DNA from: an archaeon
GTDB taxonomy: Archaea > EX4484-52 > WAPT01
DNA: 64,000 nt
Direction: 5' to 3'
Assembly (NCBI GenBank): GCA_029258795.1
Contig: JAPDKB010000002.1
Span: 50,822 to 114,821, forward strand
Under the pieces are notes generated by a model, which was not told the DNA's origin, ran no database searches, and saw only the letters and a list, made by a program, of their open reading frames with translations. Made by a program: the position numbers and the translations under genes. This document shows, piece after piece, positions 46,770 to 56,847 of the stretch (within the stretch, counting starts at the first letter, position 1; the number at the start of each line of letters is the position of its first letter).

Positions 46770-47444
46770 CTATTTAACAATGGAAAGAAGGTCTTCTATG
46801 TCATCGATAATATAGTCGGGCTCAACCTTTCCTTCAAACTTCATCCCCCCATATTTTGCAAAACAGGTTTTCATCCCAACGGCTTTAGCTCCGGCTATGT
46901 CCACTTCTTCTCTGTCCCCGACATAAAGCGATTCTTCTGGATTTACTCCTGCAATTTTTAAACCAAGCATGAATGGTTCCGGAGAAGGTTTTCTCTTTCC
47001 AGTGTCATCCAGCGTGACCACTATCTTGAAAAAGTGATGTAACTTGAGAGTGCACAATCTTATCCATGCTTTGAGGCGCGGAGCATCCGTTATTATACCC
47101 AGCTTGACTCCACGCCTCATTAGCTCAAGTAATGTGGGTATCACGTGTGGATATGGCTCAAGAAAGCTAACCCTTCTTTGTCTGTATGCAACGATGGCAG
47201 CAGCCAGAATTTTTGGATCGGGCGTGTCCATCACTTCCTTAAGGAAATCATCGAAGATGTGTTTGTACTCCATGCCGTGCTTATCATAAAGTTTGTAGAG
47301 GAGTTCCATCGCCTTATCCCTCTCTATTTTCAGCCCTGCATCCACCATCGCTTCCACACTTCCCTCGAGACACATTCTCTTGAATCGCATGAAATCCACA
47401 AGCGTGTTGTCCAGATCGAAAAACACCGCCTTGATTCGAGTCAT
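46770..47444 (-). CDS. HAD-superfamily hydrolase
   Basis: Motif I VFFDLDNTLVDF at N-terminus; later GIITDAP and YVGD motifs. Confidence 0.75.
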   Translation of the reverse strand: MTRIKAVFFDLDNTLVDFMRFKRMCLEGSVEAMVDAGLKIERDKAMELLYKLYDKHGMEYKHIFDDFLKEVMDTPDPKILAAAIVAYRQRRVSFLEPYPHVIPTLLELMRRGVKLGIITDAPRLKAWIRLCTLKLHHFFKIVVTLDDTGKRKPSPEPFMLGLKIAGVNPEESLYVGDREEVDIAGAKAVGMKTCFAKYGGMKFEGKVEPDYIIDDIEDLLSIVK

Positions 47445-47501
47445 AAATTTTTAAGAGTGAACAACATTCTTAAAATTATAATAACTACAGAAAGATAGAG
47501 G

Positions 47502-48077
47502 GTGGATAATGTGGGTCTGCCGTCGGTCATAAAGGTTAAGGGATACAGGTTGGTGAGGAACGACAGTTATGACGAGCCTCTTTACTCTGTAGTTTTGGAA
47601 GCCAGAGCCAAGTCGCTGTCTTCAGCTATAACTAGGTGTATAAGTAAAGCAAAATCAATCGAGGAGATGATACAAGACAGCTACGGCCTTATATACTATG
47701 GATTTGAGGTGCTAACTCAAGTTAAGGATGAGAATTGCTGGCATGCGGTGGTTAGAGCGGACTACATCCCTGATGAATCAATAAATGACGAAAGTGAGGA
47801 GTACGATTACAAGGAATTGTATGATGGGAGGGACGATCTCAGCGTCAAGAAAACCAAGATTGATGTGCGTGGCCAGGCAGATATAGTCGAATCGATGATT
47901 CTTCTCAACATAATCGATGAGCTGGAAATGATATTGATGAGGCCACCACTCATCAGAGATGTTACGCAGGTGGCTAGGGATTTAGGTATCAGGAATGCCG
48001 CATCTAAACTCATTAATTTATCCAAGAAAGGATTGGTAAGTATAAAAAAAGGGAGAGTGTCCAGAGAGAATTTGTAA
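47502..48077 (+). CDS. Hypothetical protein with possible C-terminal HTH
   Basis: 191-aa ORF; acidic central region; C-terminal VTQVARDLGIRNAASKLINLSKKGLV. Confidence 0.4.
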   Translation: MDNVGLPSVIKVKGYRLVRNDSYDEPLYSVVLEARAKSLSSAITRCISKAKSIEEMIQDSYGLIYYGFEVLTQVKDENCWHAVVRADYIPDESINDESEEYDYKELYDGRDDLSVKKTKIDVRGQADIVESMILLNIIDELEMILMRPPLIRDVTQVARDLGIRNAASKLINLSKKGLVSIKKGRVSRENL

Positions 48078-48084
48078 GTTGAGA

Positions 48085-48489
48085 TTATTGTTGCTTCTTC
48101 TTTTTTTCGTACTCCTCAATAAGCTTCTGTAACCCTTCAACAGCCATTTTTGTGCAGTGGACCTTTACTGGAGGCAATCCACCGAGCTCCTTAACCAGCG
48201 ATTCGTACGAGAGTTTCTTCGCTTCTTCAATCGTTTTTCCCTTTGCAAGCTCCGCCAGTATGTCGCTGCTTGCTATGGCTGCAGCACATCCAAATGTTTT
48301 GAATTTGATGTCTTCAATTATCTCCTTATCTCCCTCTTTCCTGACTTTCATTGTGAAGCTCATCACATCTCCACACACAGGATTTCCAACTGTCACTTTG
48401 GCATCTGCATCCTCAATTTCTCCTGTATTTCTGGGATTGCGGAAGTGTTCTATGAGCTTCTCAGTGTAAACATCACTCAATATTATCAC
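48085..48489 (-). CDS. iscU: Fe-S cluster assembly scaffold protein IscU/NifU-like
   Basis: 134 aa; NPVCGDVM and FGCAAAIASSD motifs with conserved Cys. Confidence 0.8.
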   Translation of the reverse strand: MIILSDVYTEKLIEHFRNPRNTGEIEDADAKVTVGNPVCGDVMSFTMKVRKEGDKEIIEDIKFKTFGCAAAIASSDILAELAKGKTIEEAKKLSYESLVKELGGLPPVKVHCTKMAVEGLQKLIEEYEKKKKQQ

Positions 48490-48502
48490 CCCTCTTTATG
48501 TT

Positions 48503-49705
48503 TCACCCTTTCCATAGCGGCGAGATTTCACGCAACTTATTAACGACTTCCGGAAAGACCTCGAGGAAATAATCCACATCCTCATCCGTGTTGAATCTTC
48601 CGGCACTTATTCTGATTGAGCCATGCGCTATCTCCGGCCTCAACCCTATCGCTATGAGGACGTGGGACGGCACGAGCTTGGTGGAAGAGCAAGCGGAGCC
48701 AGTGGATACCTCTATTCCGTACTCATCAAGCATCATGACCGTGCTCTCCCCTTCCACCCCCTCTATTGAAAAGTTAACGTTTCCCGGCAATCTTTTGTTG
48801 AGGTCAGAAGGACCATTGAGATAAACCTTTTCCAATCTGCTTGTAATACCTTCTATTATCCTCTTCTGAAGTCTTCTCAACTTTTCCTTGTCCTTGCTCA
48901 CTTCCTCCATAACAAGCTCTGCGGCCTTCCCCATACCGACTATACCCGCAACGTTCTCCGTTCCTGACCTCCTGCCCTTTTCCTGTCCACCTCCATGCAA
49001 GAGAGGGTCGATTTTCACACCGTTCCTGATGTACAAAGCGCCTATTCCTTTCGGAGCGTAGAATTTGTGCCCGCTTATCGTCATCAAATCCACGCCCAGC
49101 TCTTCAACATCCACCTCCGTCTTACCAATTGCCTGACACGCATCCGTATGGAAGTACGCGTCGCTTTTTTCCTTTACAATCTGGCACGCTTCCTTCACGG
49201 GTTCAAGCGTACCTATCTCATTATTGGCAAGCATTATGGAAACGAGAATTGTATCCTTCCTAAGCGCGTTCTCCAGCTCTTCCAAGTTTATGAACCCTTC
49301 CTTATCCACCTTAAGATACGTGATGTCAAATCCCTGCTTCTCAAGCCACTTGCATGTGTTGAGTATGCATTTGTGCTCTATTGGTGTGGCGATTATGTGC
49401 TTTCCTTTATCCTTATTGGCAAAAGCAACCCCTTTCAATGCCCAGTTGTTGCTTTCAGTACCGCCGCTGGTAAAGTAAACACCACCATCCTTACAGTTTA
49501 TCATCTTCTCCACCTTTTCCCTGGCATCCTCAACAGCTTCTCTGGCTTCCCTTCCCTTTCTGTGAACATTGTTTGGATTACCCCATTTTTCCTTTAGAAA
49601 GGGCAACATAGCATCCAAAACTCTCGGATCAACGGGTGTGGTTGAGTTATTGTCCAGATAAACATATCTGTTCATGGTGAGTTCACCTATAACACTGTTA
49701 TACAA
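48503..49705 (-). CDS. iscS: Cysteine desulfurase IscS/NifS
   Basis: PLP-dependent class V aminotransferase pattern (SGGTESNN, PLP lysine context SGHKFYAPKGIGALY, active-site SACSS); likely start at internal MNRYVYLD. Confidence 0.8.
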   Translation of the reverse strand: MYNSVIGELTMNRYVYLDNNSTTPVDPRVLDAMLPFLKEKWGNPNNVHRKGREAREAVEDAREKVEKMINCKDGGVYFTSGGTESNNWALKGVAFANKDKGKHIIATPIEHKCILNTCKWLEKQGFDITYLKVDKEGFINLEELENALRKDTILVSIMLANNEIGTLEPVKEACQIVKEKSDAYFHTDACQAIGKTEVDVEELGVDLMTISGHKFYAPKGIGALYIRNGVKIDPLLHGGGQEKGRRSGTENVAGIVGMGKAAELVMEEVSKDKEKLRRLQKRIIEGITSRLEKVYLNGPSDLNKRLPGNVNFSIEGVEGESTVMMLDEYGIEVSTGSACSSTKLVPSHVLIAIGLRPEIAHGSIRISAGRFNTDEDVDYFLEVFPEVVNKLREISPLWKG

Positions 49706-49740
49706 AAAGCTTATATCGTAAAAATTTATAAATGTGTGTA

Positions 49741-51300
49741 TCAGAGAAACGCGCTCACATCCTCCTGCTTTTTCTTCTTTTCCTCAACCCATTTTCTGAC
49801 CGCATCTTCCAGCGTGTCCTCAAACAAACTTGCACTGCATTTCCTCTTCCTGATTTTAACGAACACAGGGACATTCACAGCTTCTCCAACCATCACCGCT
49901 TCTCCCGGCTGGAGGGAGGTTATGAGTTCAAGCGCTTCTCTCGTGAGACCTTCCGAACTCTCCTTTATATGATTGAGGTCGTTCGGGTTTGTTATTCTCA
50001 TTATGATGTGTGTGTTGCACTGTGCAAGTGCTGTCTGTGAGAGATAGTAGGGGCGCTGAGACACGAGGCATAGACATGCATAAAACTTCCTTCCCTCCCT
50101 TGCCAGCGTTTCTATGGGCTCCTTTGCCAGCGCTTCATATTTGCTGGCTATAGAAGGGACAAAATTATGTGCTTCCTCCACCACCAGCAGGAACGGAGGA
50201 ACGACACCAGTTACTCTCATCCTGAAAAGCTGCTGTGTGAGGAGCCGCACAATCAGCAGCTTCTTTCTCACGTTTTCCGTATCGCTCAGATCTATCACGT
50301 AGAGATGTGCATGCATTATATCCCTCAGGTTTGGATACGCAACTTTTGAAAACAGGTTTAAGGAAGCAAGAGCGTTCATTATTTCTTCCCCCACTTCTCG
50401 CTCCTTCTTCTCCAACCCCATGGAATCAAGATTTGCAAGCACGTCTTCCACATCATAACTGCCGTGTTCTTTGAAAAACTCTCTTACTTTTGAAATGAAG
50501 GAGGATGCTGCCCTTCTTTTTTTGTCTTTTAAGTCAGGAAAAAGCAGTTTTATGAGCTCGACATCCACCACGTCAGTAAGGGAAAATGACACCTCCCTAC
50601 CTTTAATTACTGTTGTCATTCTAGCATAATTTGCATCTTCCGCATAGACAGTGTATTCTCCGTGGGGGTCCACAACCACCACAGCCGGAACATATCCTCC
50701 GTTTTTAGCGATGTCGAACAATTCTTCTATGATCACACTTACCGTGTGGCTTTTACCAGCTCCAGACATCGCAAGAATCGCAAGGTGTTTCCGAAGCAGT
50801 TTTGTCGGATCAACCACCAGGTCTACCTCAGGCTGGAAAAGGAACTTACCGAGCTTAATCCCCGATTCAGCCGTACCTGTCAGCTTTTTCACATGGTTTG
50901 GTGGAGATGGCACCACTTTATCTCCAGGTATGGGTGGAGAAAAACACTTGACGAGATAAAAATCACCATCTCCTTCTTTTATTTCCCCGATAATTCTGGC
51001 ATTAGCATATACGGATTGCCATCTCTGCAGATAGGAGCTGCTGCTTGAACTCTCATCAAGCATGTCCGTCATAACAACTTTATCTTCCATATAGGGGTTA
51101 TATGCAACTATATCTTCAACAACTGCAACGATTCTATGCCCACGAGAGGTAAGGACCTCCACATACTGATTCTTTCTCACTGTATTCATTTCATCTTCAT
51201 TCTCCTTTATCACGAAAGTAAGGTTTGTGGTGGATGGAGACTTTTCGGCTGACACCACATATCCTATGACTTGATCATCTTGTAACTCTTTCCCTTTCAT
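49741..51300 (-). CDS. HerA-like (FtsK/HerA superfamily, DUF87) ATPase
   Basis: 519 aa; Walker A LAILAMSGAGKSHTV; Walker B VVEEAHNF; no NurA-like nuclease gene adjacent. Confidence 0.65.
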   Translation of the reverse strand: MKGKELQDDQVIGYVVSAEKSPSTTNLTFVIKENEDEMNTVRKNQYVEVLTSRGHRIVAVVEDIVAYNPYMEDKVVMTDMLDESSSSSSYLQRWQSVYANARIIGEIKEGDGDFYLVKCFSPPIPGDKVVPSPPNHVKKLTGTAESGIKLGKFLFQPEVDLVVDPTKLLRKHLAILAMSGAGKSHTVSVIIEELFDIAKNGGYVPAVVVVDPHGEYTVYAEDANYARMTTVIKGREVSFSLTDVVDVELIKLLFPDLKDKKRRAASSFISKVREFFKEHGSYDVEDVLANLDSMGLEKKEREVGEEIMNALASLNLFSKVAYPNLRDIMHAHLYVIDLSDTENVRKKLLIVRLLTQQLFRMRVTGVVPPFLLVVEEAHNFVPSIASKYEALAKEPIETLAREGRKFYACLCLVSQRPYYLSQTALAQCNTHIIMRITNPNDLNHIKESSEGLTREALELITSLQPGEAVMVGEAVNVPVFVKIRKRKCSASLFEDTLEDAVRKWVEEKKKKQEDVSAFL

Positions 51301-51425
51301 AAAGAGAGATGTTGCACGTCAAAATTTTTAAACAGAATATACCCTCTCGACATATTTGCAGTCGCAACTTTTATATATGGGCAAATCCATAAACATCAGT
51401 AAGCTAAGCCCAAAGAGGTGAGTGA

Positions 51426-51854
51426 ATGATGGCAAGGAAAGGTATATCTCCATTGATAGCGGTAGTGTTGCTCGTGGTCTTTACAGTGGGTATTAGTGTA
51501 GTGATATCCAGCTGGCTGAGCAGCTATGCCAAGCAAACCACAGAACAGGCAGGACAGGGCACACAGCAGGCCATAGAGTGTGCAAAAGCTGTGGTTGACA
51601 TAACCGATGCAACGAACAACGGCGTGTTTGTGGCAAATGTGGGTGCTACAGACATAACGGTTACGAGATTATACCTCTACGACGATAACAACAATATCTG
51701 TTCGCAGGATGTGAATCAGAACCTCCAGATAGGAGAAGAAGTGTACATCAACTATAACTTCACAGGATGTCCTGCAGGCTTTAACAGCGCAGCACTAACA
51801 AAGGTCAGAGCAGTGACGAACTGCCCAGGAGTAACAGATGAATACACTTACTAA
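51426..51854 (+). CDS. Archaeal type IV pilin-like protein
   Basis: MMARKGISPLIAVVLLVVFTVGISVVI class III signal peptide. Confidence 0.6.
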   Translation: MMARKGISPLIAVVLLVVFTVGISVVISSWLSSYAKQTTEQAGQGTQQAIECAKAVVDITDATNNGVFVANVGATDITVTRLYLYDDNNNICSQDVNQNLQIGEEVYINYNFTGCPAGFNSAALTKVRAVTNCPGVTDEYTY

Positions 51855-51984
51855 CCGACAAAAATTAGAAAGCAAGATTTTTCCTCTTTTCTTCTTTTTC
51901 ATTTATTTTGTGGAGCATCCCATACGGAGTTTCAAAAACTTTAAATACCTTATTGCAATTATAAGAAATATCATCTTCTGCAGA

Positions 51985-52105
51985 CCCGCCGTAGCTTAGT
52001 CTGGTAGAGCGCTCGGCTGTAGGTCTGTGCCGCGTGGTATGGCGCAGCCACGCAGCCAGTTGCTCAGAAACCGAGAGGTCCCCGGTTCGAATCCGGGCGG
52101 CGGGA
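51985..52105 (+). tRNA. tRNA-Tyr (anticodon GTA) with canonical anticodon-loop intron (~47 nt)
   Basis: Acceptor CCCGCCG/CGGCGGG+A+CCA; D-arm GCTT-AGTCTGGTA-GAGC; anticodon stem CTCGG...CCGAG with CTGTAG then intron; intact T-arm CCCGG-TTCGAAT-CCGGG. Confidence 0.75.
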
Positions 52106-52432
52106 CCAAATTGAAAATGCTAGATTTTTCATAACAAACATGTATTCAAAATCCAATCGGTAATTTTTTATAAGTAAAAATGAACGGATATGAAAGGGGA
52201 TTTGAACACTTCTGACTGTTCAAGAAATATTCTGAAAAAGATTAGAAATATTTCCACCTTATCTATGAGACCACAAAACTTATTAAGCACTTTTTGACGA
52301 ATTATGAGAAAAGCTAGTTATTTAGAAGTGAATAACTCATTTTGTAAAGGACTCCCCACAAAAGAAATTAGAAACACAGAGGGAAAATTAAACATTTTTT
52401 ACAAATGGTCTATTAAGTAATGAATGAGGAAA

Positions 52433-53863
52433 CTACCCAAAGGGTGAGTTAGGAATATTCAGCTTTTTGTACAAATATGCGCAACTTTCTCCTTTACATA
52501 TTTCTTTTATAATTTTTAATGAAGAGTCGTTACACCTGAAAAATGCTATCTTATATTCAATTGGAGATTCTAAAAATTCTTTCTCAGAATATACCACATG
52601 TATCTTTTTATTTGAATAGAATGCAATTGGAGGACAATTTCCAATACAGACAACTTCAGGAATATTAGTGGTGTTGAGATAGAGACCCATTTCTTTAGTA
52701 ACATATCTTAATCCTTGCTCAAATTCTATTTGAGGAGTGTAACATCTTTGGTATTGTGTAATTAAAAAAGAAAATGAAAACAGAATAAAAAATGAAAATA
52801 TAATAAAGAATATTGGGCGATCCAACTTAAAATATTTTCCAAACTCTACAAAAAAATAAGATATGAAACACACTAGAAAAGATACCAGAAGAAGAAAAAA
52901 CCTTTCTACTTCCCAAGGAATTGTAGGAGGCTTCGCAACATTTCTAAAAACTATACTTGAAGAGTATACAAATAGTGTCAAAGAGGCATAGATTAGAATA
53001 AGATTATATTTTCTTTCATATGGAGATAATTGTCTGTTGAATATTTTTTCTTTCATAAAAATAAGTATTCCAAGAAAAGAAAAAAGCACAAAACCAGTTC
53101 CTAGAGAATCGTTAAAAAGATAAACTAAAAAACTAAGCTCAGACTTGTCTCCTTCGGAAATTACATGTGATGCCTTTATGAAGGTATAGAAAGGGTTTCC
53201 AAATTTTAGATAATTGAACAATATATACGGTAACATTCCCATGAAAAAGATAAAAATGAAGAAAAATATCTCTTTTATTTTCTTTCTTCTAATTAATTCT
53301 AGAACTAGTGGCAATATTAGAACCCAAATCAAAAGATTTGTGAATTTCATCAAAACTGCTAAACTCAAGAACAATGCACTTGCATAAATATGTACTGGGT
53401 TTTGGTTTTTTGTTCCATAATACATAAGAATGAAACTCATTAAACCAAGAACACACGCGGGATGATCTGTAAGGACATACCTACTGTGGAGTATGCTAAG
53501 CGGAAATATCGCAATAAGAGAGGAACTAAATCTTGCAACTCTTTCATCAAATAATTTACCTAAATAGTATACAGGAAAAACAATTAAAGAATTAAAAAAG
53601 GCAAGAAACACTTTAGAATATACGAGATAATTTTGTGGAGATAATTTCCATATAATGGCTAAGAATAGAGATATCAATGGAGGCCTTAAAGAGATTTCTT
53701 CATACCCAATTTCTTCCCCTCCAAATAATTTTCCGTGGAGTAAATATACGGCTTCGTCCCATATCACATACGTTGTATCTATAAATGTGAGTCTCAAAAA
53801 TAAAGCTATTCCAAAAATAAATAGGAGGAATGTCACATCCTTTCTGCCCATCTTCAATCTCAT
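52433..53863 (-). CDS. GT-C type glycosyltransferase (PMT/ArnT-like, family 39/83-like)
   Basis: 476 aa, polytopic; N-terminal YVIWDEAVYLLHGKLFGG...RPPL motif typical of PMT_2/ArnT; strongly AT-rich gene. Confidence 0.55.
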   Translation of the reverse strand: MRLKMGRKDVTFLLFIFGIALFLRLTFIDTTYVIWDEAVYLLHGKLFGGEEIGYEEISLRPPLISLFLAIIWKLSPQNYLVYSKVFLAFFNSLIVFPVYYLGKLFDERVARFSSSLIAIFPLSILHSRYVLTDHPACVLGLMSFILMYYGTKNQNPVHIYASALFLSLAVLMKFTNLLIWVLILPLVLELIRRKKIKEIFFFIFIFFMGMLPYILFNYLKFGNPFYTFIKASHVISEGDKSELSFLVYLFNDSLGTGFVLFSFLGILIFMKEKIFNRQLSPYERKYNLILIYASLTLFVYSSSIVFRNVAKPPTIPWEVERFFLLLVSFLVCFISYFFVEFGKYFKLDRPIFFIIFSFFILFSFSFLITQYQRCYTPQIEFEQGLRYVTKEMGLYLNTTNIPEVVCIGNCPPIAFYSNKKIHVVYSEKEFLESPIEYKIAFFRCNDSSLKIIKEICKGESCAYLYKKLNIPNSPFG

Positions 53864-54090
53864 AATAGTTTGTTTTTCGTTCGTTTAAATTAATTATAAT
53901 TATCACGGAAATTATCGACCTGTTCTCTGAAATTCAATTTATGGGATAAATGATATTAATTGAATCTAGATTTTTGGAGATGACAAAATAAAATAAATTC
54001 GTAACGATTAAATCCAAGAGGAGAGGATAAGAGTGCTGGCATTATGATATAATTACCAGAAGTAGGTTTAGAAGCGCCTTCTCATTTTCA

Positions 54091-55515
54091 TCATTCAATC
54101 ATTATCTCAGAACTTCTGGTTCTTATCTTTCTTCTTCCAACCTGTGCTCGCACTTCTACTGGTGGAAGCTTTATTTTGCCCTCCACGTGCAAAAGCGGCT
54201 TTATTTTGTAAGCGAGCACCTTCTCCTCTCCCGGTTTCAAACTTGCGAATCTCCACACTATTCTTGTCTTTCCATGCAATTTTTTGATTTCCACGGGCTT
54301 TCCAGCCTCAAATTCTCTTATCACCTGGAACATTCCGGGCACGTCATCCACGACTTCAACGTTCTTAAGCGTGCGTTTGCCACGGTTTCTTATGGTTACA
54401 TAAACTTTGTGTATGTCCTCATGTCTCCTGTGTTTTTTATGCACACGCGGATATTGCACGACCTCAAAAACAATGAAAAAGATGATAAGTGCAGCCAGAA
54501 TCATGAACAAGAACGGCCAGTAGTTTATTCCGTATCGTATCGTGCATGATTCAAGCGGTTTTAGTTTGCATTCCCACACGAAATAAGTGCTTCCATCCTC
54601 CTCCACAATCTCTGGCTTGGTGATTATTATGTACGCAAAGTCAGGATATCTTTTTGGTTCTTGAATAGTGAATGTTCCTTCCTCATTACCTTTGTTGGTT
54701 ACAGTTATGATTATTTCTTTCTCCATGAACTTTTTCTCCACTGCTTTGGATTTATCCATCACAGCTTTGCTCTCGATGGTAAAGGATGTTCTTTTTTCAT
54801 CCAGCGTGTCACCTATATCATCAACGAGTTTTGCCACCACACTATATTCTCCCTTTGCTTTATACGGATCGAGGGTGAAGTTGAAAGTCAGTAACTTTGT
54901 CTCGTTGACCTTTAGATCAGGCACACGTTTTTTCGCAACTTCTTTGCCAGTTATACCTTCAACCTCAACAACCACGTAGATGTTGTAGCCTTCTGTGCTC
55001 TCAGAACCCTCGTTTTTGACACCCACCATAACCGTTATCGGCTCGCCCATCGAATAAAGTTGCTTGGATGTTTCGAGCTTTTTCATCACGAGCTTTATAG
55101 ATTTTTCCACGTAGACAGTGTCTTTAATTTCTATTTTCTGAGCATGATTATTTTTGTTCCTGACTATAATTATGAACTGGTAAAGACCGGACGGTGTTCC
55201 TTCGGGAGGAGAGATGGTGATGGAGACCTTTTTAGTTTCATGGGGCGCAAGTCGCAGGTATGATGGCTCGACATTATACCACGCGATCTGAGAAGCGCTC
55301 AGAAGCACCTCCAGTTCTAAAGGTGTGTCTTCAAGGTTGGTTATAATCGCGGTGTATTTTACGCTTTCAGGTGGTTTGACAACCTTCACATCCGCTAAAA
55401 TTTTCACCTGAAACGGATTTGTTTGAGAAAAACCAACAGGCATCAGGTTAACTATGAAAATCCCCAGCACCGCGAATAGCAAAATATACCTCTTCACATC
55501 GCTCCCCTCAATCAT
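54091..55515 (-). CDS. Secreted/membrane-anchored protein with beta-sandwich-like repeats (hypothetical)
   Basis: N-terminal hydrophobic signal, TM helix near residue 340, repetitive V/K/E/T-rich segments; start set at internal Met so as not to overlap the upstream small gene. Confidence 0.45.
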   Translation of the reverse strand: MIEGSDVKRYILLFAVLGIFIVNLMPVGFSQTNPFQVKILADVKVVKPPESVKYTAIITNLEDTPLELEVLLSASQIAWYNVEPSYLRLAPHETKKVSITISPPEGTPSGLYQFIIIVRNKNNHAQKIEIKDTVYVEKSIKLVMKKLETSKQLYSMGEPITVMVGVKNEGSESTEGYNIYVVVEVEGITGKEVAKKRVPDLKVNETKLLTFNFTLDPYKAKGEYSVVAKLVDDIGDTLDEKRTSFTIESKAVMDKSKAVEKKFMEKEIIITVTNKGNEEGTFTIQEPKRYPDFAYIIITKPEIVEEDGSTYFVWECKLKPLESCTIRYGINYWPFLFMILAALIIFFIVFEVVQYPRVHKKHRRHEDIHKVYVTIRNRGKRTLKNVEVVDDVPGMFQVIREFEAGKPVEIKKLHGKTRIVWRFASLKPGEEKVLAYKIKPLLHVEGKIKLPPVEVRAQVGRRKIRTRSSEIMIE

Positions 55516-55703
55516 TCTGTGGGCGAGTAGTAGCATCTCTTGGGAACACATACCAATCCTTTCTTTTTAAGCTTGCTCATTATTCTGGACACCTCCTTGA
55601 CTTCCATCCCCGGCATTCTGGCCACTTCTCCCGGTCTAACGGGTTTGCCAGCTTTTTTCATGGCGTCCAGCAACAACTTTTCCTCCTCGCTTATGTTGCT
55701 CAT
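55512..55703 (-). CDS. Small winged-helix DNA-binding protein (hypothetical regulator)
   Basis: 63 aa; KAGKPVRPGEVARMPGMEVKEVSRIMSKLKKKGLV resembles a compact HTH; stop overlaps downstream gene start. Confidence 0.45.
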   Translation of the reverse strand: MSNISEEEKLLLDAMKKAGKPVRPGEVARMPGMEVKEVSRIMSKLKKKGLVCVPKRCYYSPTE

Positions 55704-55852
55704 TAACTCGCCCCCACTTTACATAGAAAATTGCCAGCAAAATGATAAATATGTTTTGTCATGTTTTGAAAGAAGATGAGATTCGAAATATCGGTTAGGA
55801 CCTAAGGCGGGAGTGATGGTCTAAAATTAGGAAAAATCCGTGATATGATTGG

Positions 55853-55973
55853 AGCCCCGGCCGGGATTTTCATGGAAGATTACTCGACCCTTAAAGCGGC
55901 GTCGAGCAGCCATTTTGAACCCGGGACCTCTTCCTTACCAGGGAAGCGCTCCACCAGGCTGAGCTACCGGGGC
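55853..55973 (-). tRNA. tRNA-Thr (anticodon GGT) with T-loop intron
   Basis: Reverse complement: acceptor GCCCCGG/CCGGGGC+T+CCA; D-arm GCTC-AGCCTGGTGGA-GAGC; anticodon arm CTTCC-CTGGTAA-GGAAG; T-stem CCGGG...CCCGG split by ~45 nt. Confidence 0.7.
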
Positions 55974-56034
55974 GTAAATGAAAGACATTTCAACAAACGA
56001 GACGAAATTTTAAAATAGTTTTTATGTTTTTGCG

Positions 56035-56814
56035 TCAGGCTGCAAGGGCTTCTATGAAAAGTGCAGCCAGCATGAATATGGAAAAGGACGCTCCCAAAAC
56101 ATAACTTTCCTTTGCATATTTTTCGGGGTCAAGCAACATTTTGTAAGCACAGTAAAAAAGCACAGCCATAAAAATAGCTCCAACCTTCACATGCACCATC
56201 CCGAACAACTTGACCGGGAGCAGAAGGATTGTTCCGCCCACGAAAAGAAAAATAGAAGCCACCATGCCCGTAATTTTCTCACCGTACAGCGCTGAGAGGG
56301 TCTCATAGCGGTATTTATCAGTATCTAACGACACCTCCCACATGAGTTCCAAAGCCGCGAAAACGAAAAATATGGTAATGCTGAGCAACGCAAGTGTTTC
56401 ATTTATTCCAAAAACAGAACCTCCAGCCAGAAAGATCAGAGCTGCTGCAAAAGAGCGGAGGATGAAAGATAGCCATTTATCTCGGAGCAGAAAGTGAAGC
56501 ATACTCATCACAAAGAGGAGCGAGTATAACAATCCAGATGTTGTGGAGATTGTGAAGAACATGAGGATCATCGCAAATGGAAGGGCGAGTAACGCAATTC
56601 CGGGAACCCATTTGAACTTTTCTCCGTTTCTCATTCTTGAATCCAGAATGATGAGGAATCCTATTGAGATCAGACCCAGCGGAATCACATGCAGCGTGTC
56701 CCTCACACCAATTCCGGAATTTCTTGCACTCACCAAAGCACCAGTAATGAATAAAGAAAGAGCAAGAAGCATCTTTTCTATTGTGTGTCCATTACTGCTT
56801 TCAGCATCGTCCAT
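56035..56814 (-). CDS. Polytopic membrane protein (hypothetical)
   Basis: ~260 aa with at least 7 hydrophobic helices; ATG at 56814 inside ORF 56035..56832. Confidence 0.45.
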   Translation of the reverse strand: MDDAESSNGHTIEKMLLALSLFITGALVSARNSGIGVRDTLHVIPLGLISIGFLIILDSRMRNGEKFKWVPGIALLALPFAMILMFFTISTTSGLLYSLLFVMSMLHFLLRDKWLSFILRSFAAALIFLAGGSVFGINETLALLSITIFFVFAALELMWEVSLDTDKYRYETLSALYGEKITGMVASIFLFVGGTILLLPVKLFGMVHVKVGAIFMAVLFYCAYKMLLDPEKYAKESYVLGASFSIFMLAALFIEALAA

Positions 56815-56847
56815 GATCCCCACTCTTTCCAAATAAAATAGCAGGAA

